The notes beneath the pieces are model-generated. The model was not told where the DNA came from. It did not search any database and saw only the letters and a list, made by a program, of their open reading frames with translations. Made by a program: the position numbers and the translations under genes. Shown one piece after another: positions 18,717-26,235 of a stretch of 43,474 nucleotides of DNA. Every line of letters begins with the position of its first letter. Positions within the stretch are counted from its first letter, which is position 1. The stretch comes from an uncultured Flavobacteriaceae bacterium (GTDB lineage: Bacteria > Bacteroidota > Bacteroidia > Flavobacteriales > Flavobacteriaceae). The stretch covers positions 1 through 43,474 of the forward strand of contig CAZSSZ010000001.1 of the NCBI GenBank assembly GCA_964609755.1, in the 5' to 3' direction.

Positions 18717-21065
18717 ATGAAAGCTCAACCCTTATCATCTCATAAAGTACCTATTACTCAAAAAATAGCCTTTGGCGTGGGAATGTTTGCAAATCAAATG
18801 TTCCCTGCAATTTTGGGAATCTTTATGGTTGTTTTGGTTCAAGACTTAGGTTTTCCCGGATGGATGTGGTCACTTATCTATTTTTTCCCAAGAATATTTG
18901 ACTCCATCACCGATCCTATTATGGGATTTATCTCAGATAACACAAAATCAAAATGGGGACGTCGTAGGCAATATGTTTTGATTGGAAGCATTATAATGGG
19001 AGTTGCTTACATATTTATGTGGCAGCTCTTTAAGGAAAACTCGTTGCAATTCAATTTCTGGTATTTCTTTTTATGGTCCCTTGTTTTTTATTTAGGGCTA
19101 ACCTTTTTTAGTGTGCCTTATGTAGCCATGGGGTATGAGATGAGTGAAGATTTTCATGAGCGTACCAATATTATGGCAATTGCGCAGTGGATTGGACAAT
19201 GGGCTTGGGTAATTGCGCCATGGTTTTGGGTGATTATGTATGACCCCGAATGGTTCCCATCTGCTGAAGTTGCGGTACGAGAATTGGCTATTTGGGTTGC
19301 CATTCCATGTGCGATTTGCGCTATGGTTCCGGCCATATTTATTGAGAGTAAATCTACTCTTAATGAAAATTATGAGCCTTTGAATGGGGCTAATATTGGC
19401 AATAGCCTTAAAAAGATTTATCACAGTTTTGTTGAGGCGTTTAAAATCAAAGAATTTAGAAAATTATGTGGCGCTACGTTTTTAATTTTTAATGCGTTCA
19501 ACACTGTTGCTGCGCTCACGTTTTTTGTCATTGTTTACAAGCTCTTTAACGGAGACGCTGGAGCTAGTGGCATCTGGGTATCTCTTTTTGGTTGTTTAGG
19601 GGCCTTGGGAACCACATTTATTGTTATCCCAATTGTTACGTGGATGTCTAAGATTTTTGGAAAAAAGAAGGCATTTTTACTTGCTCAGGGAATCTCGGTA
19701 TTGGGCTACATAATGCTTTGGTTTTTGTTCGTTCCTGGAAAACCTTGGATGTACATTATTGCCCTCCCATTCTTTTCGTTTGGAATTGGAAGTTTATTTA
19801 CCATTATGATGTCTATGACTGCAGATGTCATTGATATTGATGAATTAAATTCAGGGAAACGAAGGGAAGGAATTTTTGGTGCTATATATTGGTGGATGGT
19901 CAAAGTAGGCTTTGCCATAGCTGGTGCCTTGAGTGGTGTTATCATTGCTCTTGTAGGCTTCAACCCCGACTTAACCACCGTGGAACAACAATCCGCTGTT
20001 GATGGGTTACACGCATTTTTCTGTTTCTTCCCCTTAGCAGGAACACTAATAGCCATGTGGATTATGCGTGACTATAGTATAGACGAAACTCGAGCAAATG
20101 AAATTAGAGCGCAATTAAAAGCGCAAAAAGGAACGCCAAAGCCCCTTTCGTATCAGCAAATGCAAGGGAAACTCGCTAACCTAACAGGCAAAACTTTTAC
20201 TTCTAGACTGCGTTCCGATGTTGATTTCTCAGGGCATACAATATCAAAACAAAAAGCGTTATTTGACAACGCCCTTAGCAAGGGGTTGCATGGCATTTGC
20301 TTTAGTCCATATCGCGAACACCAAAGTGTAGAAGACACCTTATCTGAAAGCCAAATTAAGGAACGTATGGAAGTGGTTGCTCCTTATGCGAACTGGGTGC
20401 GTTCGTTTTCTTGTACAGGCGGGAATGAGCATATTCCCGCGGTTGCCAAATCAAAGCATCTAAAAACTATGGTTGGCGCATGGATTGGGCAGGACAAAGA
20501 AGAAAATGATAAGGAAATAAAGGCGCTTATTGATCTAGCGAAAAAGGGATTGGTAGATATTGCAGTAGTAGGTAACGAGGTCTTGATGCGTGACGATTTG
20601 AGCGAACAGCATATTCTTGACTACTTGGCAGAAGTAAAACAAGCTATTCCCGGAATAAAAGTTGGCTATGTAGACGCATACTACCAGTTTATTCAGCGTC
20701 CAAAACTAGTTGAAGCTTGTGATGTAATTCTTATTAATTGCTATCCGTTTTGGGAAGGCAGTAATATTGAATTCGCCACATCGAATTTGAAAGAAATGTA
20801 CCAAGCAACTCAAAATATAGCCAACGGCAAGCCAGTTATTATTACAGAAACAGGTTGGCCAAATCAGGGAGATCGCGTTGGTGAAGCAAAGCCATCACCT
20901 CAAAATGCGATGGAATATTTTGTCAATGTCACTACTTGGGCAGCATTAGAAAAAGCACCAATATTCTACTTTTCTTCTTTTGATGAGTCTTGGAAATTAC
21001 ATCATGAAGGAGATGTTGGCGCACGATGGGGAATATGGGATAAATACGAAAAACGTAAATACTAA
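18717..21065 (+). CDS. Fusion protein: GPH/MFS-family glycoside:cation symporter (aa ~1-455) plus C-terminal GH17 domain (aa ~505-782)
   Basis: The reading frame is uninterrupted. The N-terminal part has about 12 hydrophobic segments and the GPH signature FDSITDPIMGFISDNTKSKWGRRRQ. The C-terminal part has GH17 motifs VVGNEVL and IITETGWP and is closely paralogous to the next gene. Confidence 0.85.
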   Translation: MKAQPLSSHKVPITQKIAFGVGMFANQMFPAILGIFMVVLVQDLGFPGWMWSLIYFFPRIFDSITDPIMGFISDNTKSKWGRRRQYVLIGSIIMGVAYIFMWQLFKENSLQFNFWYFFLWSLVFYLGLTFFSVPYVAMGYEMSEDFHERTNIMAIAQWIGQWAWVIAPWFWVIMYDPEWFPSAEVAVRELAIWVAIPCAICAMVPAIFIESKSTLNENYEPLNGANIGNSLKKIYHSFVEAFKIKEFRKLCGATFLIFNAFNTVAALTFFVIVYKLFNGDAGASGIWVSLFGCLGALGTTFIVIPIVTWMSKIFGKKKAFLLAQGISVLGYIMLWFLFVPGKPWMYIIALPFFSFGIGSLFTIMMSMTADVIDIDELNSGKRREGIFGAIYWWMVKVGFAIAGALSGVIIALVGFNPDLTTVEQQSAVDGLHAFFCFFPLAGTLIAMWIMRDYSIDETRANEIRAQLKAQKGTPKPLSYQQMQGKLANLTGKTFTSRLRSDVDFSGHTISKQKALFDNALSKGLHGICFSPYREHQSVEDTLSESQIKERMEVVAPYANWVRSFSCTGGNEHIPAVAKSKHLKTMVGAWIGQDKEENDKEIKALIDLAKKGLVDIAVVGNEVLMRDDLSEQHILDYLAEVKQAIPGIKVGYVDAYYQFIQRPKLVEACDVILINCYPFWEGSNIEFATSNLKEMYQATQNIANGKPVIITETGWPNQGDRVGEAKPSPQNAMEYFVNVTTWAALEKAPIFYFSSFDESWKLHHEGDVGARWGIWDKYEKRKY
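20229..21062 (+). other. GH17 catalytic domain portion of the transporter fusion (approximate boundaries)
   Basis: The region LHGICFSPY..WVRSFSC..GNEHIP..KTMVGAW..VVGNEVL..GYVDAYY..NCYPFWEG..IITETGWP..FYFSSFDESWK aligns collinearly with the 303-aa GH17 encoded at 21071-21982. Confidence 0.8.
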
Positions 21066-21070
21066 TAAAA

Positions 21071-21982
21071 ATGTCATACAGAGAAGGTATAGAATTTAGC
21101 TTAGAAGAATTAGAATACAAATCGTATCAAGGCGTAAATTTTGATAATTATACAACCGAGGACTTAAAAGCGCTCTGGAGAAAAACACTCAAGTTGGGAA
21201 TGCATGGAATTTGTTTTAGCATGTATGAAGACGGGCAAGAGCCTGGAGATACAATAACGGTGGCTCAAGTGGAACGCCGTATCAAAATACTCAAACCCTT
21301 CACCAAATGGGTACGCTCTTTTTCATGTATTGAGGGCAATGAACACATTCCGCGCATTGCAAAAAAACATGGTATTAAAACGATGGTTGGTGCTTGGCTT
21401 GGCGATGACCCTGAAAAAAACGAAGAAGAAATAAAGGCATTAATTGCCCTTGCTAACGAAGGCTGTGTGGATATTGCTGCCGTGGGCAATGAGGTGCTTT
21501 ATCGCAACGATTTAACCCTAGAGGAATTGCTCGCATTTATGAAACAAGTTAGAGATGCAATTCCAGCCCATATTCCTATTGGATATGTAGATGCGTATTA
21601 CGAGTTTTCTTCACACCCCGAACTCGTAGAGCATTCAGACGTAATTTTATCCAATTGCTATCCGTTTTGGGAGGGTTGTCCGGAAGAATGGGCGCTAAAC
21701 CATATGCAAAGTATGTATGGGCAAGCCATGCACGCTGCAAAAGGTAAAAAAGTAATCATTACTGAAACGGGATGGCCCAGCAAAGGGGAGCCTCTCAAGG
21801 GTTCTGTGCCGTCCGAAGAACATGCTATGAAATACTTCATCAACACCCAAGCTTGGGCAAAACAGGCCAACATAGACGTGTTTTATTTTTCGTCTTTTGA
21901 TGAGTCTTGGAAAGTTGGTCCAGAAGGCGAAGTGGGTGCGTATTGGGGACTTTGGGATAAACATGAAAAACTCAAGTTTTAA
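21071..21982 (+). CDS. Signal-less (predicted cytoplasmic) GH17-family beta-1,3-glucanase/transglycosylase
   Basis: The 303-aa protein has no signal peptide. It carries the motifs AVGNEVL and IITETGWPSKG plus FYFSSFDESWK. It starts 5 nt after the fusion gene and is a paralogue of that gene's C-terminal domain. Confidence 0.85.
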   Translation: MSYREGIEFSLEELEYKSYQGVNFDNYTTEDLKALWRKTLKLGMHGICFSMYEDGQEPGDTITVAQVERRIKILKPFTKWVRSFSCIEGNEHIPRIAKKHGIKTMVGAWLGDDPEKNEEEIKALIALANEGCVDIAAVGNEVLYRNDLTLEELLAFMKQVRDAIPAHIPIGYVDAYYEFSSHPELVEHSDVILSNCYPFWEGCPEEWALNHMQSMYGQAMHAAKGKKVIITETGWPSKGEPLKGSVPSEEHAMKYFINTQAWAKQANIDVFYFSSFDESWKVGPEGEVGAYWGLWDKHEKLKF

Positions 21983-22010
21983 TTATAGCCATTAACACAA
22001 GGTATTCCCT

Positions 22011-24026
22011 ATGAACGTTTACATCAATACTTTAGCCCTAGCCGTCGTTGTCCTAATTGTTGGCTGTGCCCCCAAACCCGATCGACAAAATAAGAAGGAG
22101 ATTGCCAAAAAAGTTGACGCTATTGTGCTTCAGATGACACTGGCCGAAAAAGTAGGTCAAATGACTCAAATTGATATGCGTTTGTTGGATGATTACAGCG
22201 ATATTAAGGAGTATCATATTGGCTCAATACTTAGTGGAGGTGGAGCAGTTCCCAAAACAAATACACCAAAAGCGTGGCTTGACATGGTTAATGGATTCCA
22301 AGAAATTGCCATGAGTGATCGACTTGGCATTCCATTAATTTACGGAATTGATGCTGTCCACGGACACAATAATGTTCTAGGGGCTACGGTGTTCCCTCAT
22401 AATTTAGCCCTTGGCGCTTCGAATGACGCTGACCTCGTTTATCGAGTAAACAAAGCCACGGCTGTTGAAGTTGCCGCTACAGGCATTCACTGGACTTTTT
22501 CACCTTGTATTACCATTCCACAAGATGCAAGATGGGGGCGTTTTTACGAGGGGTTTGGTCAAACTACCGATATTGTTGACGGGCTTACCGAAGCTGCTGT
22601 TTTGGGTTACCAAGACCGCCTTTTGGAAGTGCAAAACAAGCAAGTTGCTGCTTGTGCTAAGCATTTTATTGGAGATGGTGCTACAGTTTGGGGAACTGGC
22701 ACTCGAGTTGATGGGATGCACGACTATAAGTTGGATAGGGGTGATGTGCAATTAGAGGATAAAACCCTACGTGAAATTTACCTCCCCCCATACAAAACGG
22801 CTATTGCTGCCGATGTAAAAACCATTATGGCGAGTTTTAACAGCATTCGTGGAGAAAAGTGTCACGGCAGTAAGTATATCCTTACGGATTTGCTCAAAGA
22901 CGAACTTGGTTTTGAAGGCTTTGTGGTTTCAGATTGGGCAGGCATAGACGAAATTCCAGGGAATTATAAATCCGATGTTATCAATGGGGTAAATGCAGGT
23001 ATAGATATGTTTATGGTTCCTGGATTTATGGAGGGGCAAAACCAACAGCATTACAAAGTATTTATTCAATATTTGATAGCGGCGGTCAATGAGGGAAGCG
23101 TCTCTATGGAGCGCATCGACGATGCAGTACGTAGAATTTTGAAAGTAAAGATGGAATTGGGTCTTTTTGACAACCCTTATATCGATGACTCCTATCTTTC
23201 TGAAATAGGCTCACCAGCACACCGTGCACTTGCCCGTGAAGCTGTTCAAAAATCGACAGTTTTACTAAAAAATGATGGAGTACTGCCGCTTAACAACGCA
23301 GCGTCCATAACCGTGGTAGGTTCTGGCGCAAACAATTTGGGTGTGCAAAATGGGGGTTGGACTACTGAGTGGCAAGGATTTTTCACCCCTGATTTCGACT
23401 TTTTAGACTTTAATGCTGATGGCGTTTTAACCTTGAAGGAATATAATAATCAGCTTAAAAAAATCTACGAAGATAAGTTCGATGTCGCCGCTTGGGCTGG
23501 GCATTTTAATGAAATTGACGCAGATAAAAACAACAAAGCGAACCGTAAAGATTTTTCTAATTTTATGGCAAACCGCGTGCTTCAACCCAATGGCACAACC
23601 ATCGTAGAAGGACTGCGTCAAGTGGCACCTAATGCAAAAATTACATATGACCCTAACGCCAATGCTATTGCAAAAGAAGATATTGTGATTGCGGTTGTTG
23701 GGGAGTATCCCTATGCCGAAGGCTTTGGCGATGATGCGGATTTGCGTATGAATAAAGCGGATTTGGAAATATTGGCTCGGGCAAACACCTCTGGAAACCC
23801 CTTAATTGTTGTCTTGCTTTCTGGACGACCGCTAATGGTTCATGAACAGCTATCACAATGGGATGCTTTTGTTGCTTCATTTTTGCCAGGCATGGCAGGC
23901 GAAGGCATTGCAGATGTGCTTTTTGGAAGGGTAAATCCGCAAGCCAAACTCAGCTTTACATGGCCAACAAATCCTAATGGTGAGGGCGAATTGTTTGCGC
24001 AGGGTACTGGCATTCAGTTCGAATAA
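22011..24026 (+). CDS. GH3 beta-glucosidase/exo-beta-1,3-glucanase lipoprotein with an inserted EF-hand pair
   Basis: It has a lipoprotein signal (..VLIVGC-A). GH3 motifs are present: LAEKVGQMTQ, GIDAVHGHNN, KHFIGDG, GFVVSDW (nucleophile Asp region) and GGWTTEWQG. A ~64-aa extra segment lies between WQG and GTTIVEG. Confidence 0.9.
   Translation: MNVYINTLALAVVVLIVGCAPKPDRQNKKEIAKKVDAIVLQMTLAEKVGQMTQIDMRLLDDYSDIKEYHIGSILSGGGAVPKTNTPKAWLDMVNGFQEIAMSDRLGIPLIYGIDAVHGHNNVLGATVFPHNLALGASNDADLVYRVNKATAVEVAATGIHWTFSPCITIPQDARWGRFYEGFGQTTDIVDGLTEAAVLGYQDRLLEVQNKQVAACAKHFIGDGATVWGTGTRVDGMHDYKLDRGDVQLEDKTLREIYLPPYKTAIAADVKTIMASFNSIRGEKCHGSKYILTDLLKDELGFEGFVVSDWAGIDEIPGNYKSDVINGVNAGIDMFMVPGFMEGQNQQHYKVFIQYLIAAVNEGSVSMERIDDAVRRILKVKMELGLFDNPYIDDSYLSEIGSPAHRALAREAVQKSTVLLKNDGVLPLNNAASITVVGSGANNLGVQNGGWTTEWQGFFTPDFDFLDFNADGVLTLKEYNNQLKKIYEDKFDVAAWAGHFNEIDADKNNKANRKDFSNFMANRVLQPNGTTIVEGLRQVAPNAKITYDPNANAIAKEDIVIAVVGEYPYAEGFGDDADLRMNKADLEILARANTSGNPLIVVLLSGRPLMVHEQLSQWDAFVASFLPGMAGEGIADVLFGRVNPQAKLSFTWPTNPNGEGELFAQGTGIQFE
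23379..23591 (+). other. EF-hand-pair-like insertion within the GH3 gene
   Basis: Loop 1 is DFNADGVLTLKE (nt 23406-23441) and fits the canonical DxNxDGxLxxxE pattern. Loop 2 is DADKNNKANRKD (nt 23517-23552) and fits the DxDxNxxxxxxD variant. Both loops are flanked by helix-like segments (PDFDFL / YNNQLKKIY; AGHFNEI / FSNFMANR). Confidence 0.6.
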
Positions 24027-24068
24027 ATTAGGCTTTTCTAACATGCGTATATAAACGTATCTTTGAAT

Positions 24069-24545
24069 ATGCGTTTGATTACTTTATGCAGTGTTGTAAT
24101 TCTTGTGTGTTGCTCACAACCCAAACAGGAAAACCTTATATCAAAGGTGGAGGATACTGCTGTGGTGGATTCAATTTTAAATTCAGTTCTTGCTAAATCA
24201 GCCCCAAGCACAGCGTCACTCAACTGGTCAAACTTGACTCAATTGATGAACTCGCTTGGCAACATCCCAACGGCACAACGCAGCATTACTATGAAAACCA
24301 TTAAGGATGAGTCCACAAAACTTCTTAGTGCCTCATGGCCCGAAGAATGGAACACGAATCCAATTCGCTCACGCTATATGGTGTTTGTTACCCACGCAAG
24401 TATTGCGGCTGACCAGCGTCTTAATGGGGATATTGCTGAACAACAAGCAAAGAGTATCCTCAAAATGAAAAGGAGTTGGAACATTTTTGTTTCACACATT
24501 CAGCCTGAAGAAACTTCAACAGTCCTTGAGACGACACTCCGATAG
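24069..24545 (+). CDS. Hypothetical small lipoprotein
   Basis: It is an ORF with a lipoprotein-like signal (MRLITLCSVVILVCC-SQ). The ATG at 24069 is preferred over the listed TTG at 24063. No family was recognised. Confidence 0.5.
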   Translation: MRLITLCSVVILVCCSQPKQENLISKVEDTAVVDSILNSVLAKSAPSTASLNWSNLTQLMNSLGNIPTAQRSITMKTIKDESTKLLSASWPEEWNTNPIRSRYMVFVTHASIAADQRLNGDIAEQQAKSILKMKRSWNIFVSHIQPEETSTVLETTLR

Positions 24546-25331
24546 TTGATATTCAAAATCAAATAGCGTTGCGCTTTTTGTATCAATCACCTTTTTATTT
24601 TGGGTACTTTCTTCATTGGAGAAGTGCGGTTCAGGCAAGTTGTTCTCCATACATTCTTGGGTGTAAAAGGCTTTTCGGGCATGATGAATAGGACTTACAC
24701 AATGCAGCGTGTATCCCCAAAAACCACCCTCTATTATGGAGGTTAAAAAGCGAACCACATCCAGTTGGTGTACCAAATTTGTGGGAGCGTAAGCTGCTGG
24801 AATATCTTCCTTTTTGGAAAGCTGTTTTGCTGGATGCCGACCATCACCGACCAGACCACCAAGACGCACAACCGTAGCACGATTTTCAAAAGTCAAACTG
24901 CTTTTTTCGGCTGCAAGTAATTGGACTCCCACAAGGGTTGTGGGTCTGGGGACAGTAGTTTCATCTACCTCGCCTTGCGATGCGCCAAAAACACCAATAC
25001 TACTCAAATGCAATATCTTACAATTGGGATAAGACGAAATTGCGGTTAAAATATGTGCTATCCGTGCAGCATAATCCGCATTCGTATTGCGCCGGACCCC
25101 AGGCGGAAAGGCTACAATAAGCACATCAGCATCTTTTATTAAAGCATCAAAGTTGCCATTAATTCCTTCATTTTCAACAGTCAAGATGTGAGGTGTAATA
25201 CCCAGCTCTGCTAGAATATTCGCCTTTTTCTCAGACCGAACACTACCCGCAACCGCATATCCTTTGGATAAAAGTACTTGTGCAAGAGCTTGTCCAAGCC
25301 ATCCACAACCTAGAATTGATGCCGACTTCAT
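24516..25331 (-). CDS. NAD(P)-binding Rossmann-fold protein, SDR/epimerase superfamily (YeeZ-like)
   Basis: The N-terminus is MKSASILGCGWLGQALAQVLLSKGYAVAGSVRS, a glycine-rich dinucleotide-binding motif. The ATG at 25331 is preferred because the listed ORF begins at a TTG 114 nt upstream with no homology-like content. Confidence 0.65.
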   Translation of the reverse strand: MKSASILGCGWLGQALAQVLLSKGYAVAGSVRSEKKANILAELGITPHILTVENEGINGNFDALIKDADVLIVAFPPGVRRNTNADYAARIAHILTAISSYPNCKILHLSSIGVFGASQGEVDETTVPRPTTLVGVQLLAAEKSSLTFENRATVVRLGGLVGDGRHPAKQLSKKEDIPAAYAPTNLVHQLDVVRFLTSIIEGGFWGYTLHCVSPIHHARKAFYTQECMENNLPEPHFSNEESTQNKKVIDTKSATLFDFEYQLSECRLKDC

Positions 25332-25412
25332 ATCGGTGTAAAAGTATCTTTTTTGAATAAAATATGCGGAATTAAATTTTTTTTTATACCTTTTGTTCAT
25401 TAAAACATCAAC

Positions 25413-25877
25413 ATGCCTATAAAAAGTTTTCAAGCGGCGCGTCAAAAACTTACGCCAAAGCGTACCAGATCGTTATTGGTTAAAGACTACATGACACGCA
25501 ATTTGATTACTTTTTCTCCGCAACAATCCATTTTGGAAGTGATGCGAATTTTGATTCGCAATAAAATTTCTGGTGGACCTGTTGTTGATGATCTGTCTAG
25601 GTTAGTCGGTATCATTTCTGAAGCGGATTGTATCAAACACCTTTCGGAAGGGAAATATTTTAATCAGCCTTTTTTTGATCGAAAAGTCGAAGAAAATATG
25701 ACTGAAAAGGTGGATACCATTGAGTCAGATAAAACCATTTTTGATGCCGCTACCCTTTTTCACAAGACCAATAGACGCCGTCTTCCTGTATTGGAACACG
25801 GCAGATTGGTAGGACAAATAAGCAGGCAAGATGTGGTAAAAGCTGCGTTGCTACTACGAAGCCAACGCTGGCGTTAA
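25413..25877 (+). CDS. CBS-domain pair protein
   Basis: Two CBS-like repeats are present (VKDYMTRNLITFSP..ISGGPVVDD..LVGIISEAD and ..MTEKVDTIESDKTIFDAATLF..RRLPVLEHGRLVGQISRQDV). Confidence 0.75.
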   Translation: MPIKSFQAARQKLTPKRTRSLLVKDYMTRNLITFSPQQSILEVMRILIRNKISGGPVVDDLSRLVGIISEADCIKHLSEGKYFNQPFFDRKVEENMTEKVDTIESDKTIFDAATLFHKTNRRRLPVLEHGRLVGQISRQDVVKAALLLRSQRWR

Positions 25878-25908
25878 TTCAATTTGTTAATCTATAAAAC
25901 CCCAATTC

Positions 25909-26235
25909 ATGAGTTCCATTCAAAACAGCGTACAGCTCATTGGGCATCTTGGCGATGCCCCCGAAGAAGTCAAACTAGAGTCTAACAAAAAACTGGCAAA
26001 TTTTTCGATTGCTACCAACCATCGTTACAAAAACAAAGATGGTGAAATGGTTGAAAGCACTCAATGGCACCGTATTGTCGCATGGGGCAAACTTGCAGAA
26101 ATTTGTATGGAACACCTCAAAAAAGGAAGCCATGTGGCATGCCGAGGGCGTTTGATGTATCGAGATTATGAAACCAAATCGGGAGAAAAACGCCATAGCG
26201 CAGAAGTCCATTTGGACGAGATGCACATGTTGTAA
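25909..26235 (+). CDS. ssb: Single-stranded DNA-binding protein (OB fold only, no acidic C-terminal tail)
   Basis: The sequence NSVQLIGHLGDAPE..LANFSIATNHRYKNKDGEMVESTQWHRIVAWGKLAEICMEHLKKGSHVACRGRLMYRDYE..GEKRHSAEVHLDEM matches the SSB OB-fold pattern. It ends right after the OB fold. Confidence 0.85.
   Translation: MSSIQNSVQLIGHLGDAPEEVKLESNKKLANFSIATNHRYKNKDGEMVESTQWHRIVAWGKLAEICMEHLKKGSHVACRGRLMYRDYETKSGEKRHSAEVHLDEMHML

Noticed and set aside
24058-24065. TATCTTTG -7-like box upstream of the small lipoprotein gene, and similarly TACATTTG at 33720-33727 before the GNAT gene
   Set aside because: They were not listed as promoter features. They lie only 3-6 nt from the ATG, so the expected transcription start would fall at or inside the start codon. 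Leaderless expression is possible, but a chance match in AT-rich DNA is equally likely.
25377-25385. T9 homopolymer in the divergent SDR/CBS intergenic region as a possible phase-variation tract
   Set aside because: It is a short tract in AT-rich promoter DNA with no clear -7/-33 elements whose spacing it would alter. There is no supporting evidence from a single sequence.
25332-25445. N-terminal 38-codon extension of the SDR ORF starting at a TTG
   Set aside because: The extension overlaps the start of the divergent CBS gene and its likely promoter region. The Rossmann GxGxxG motif follows directly after the internal ATG at 25331, which is the natural start.
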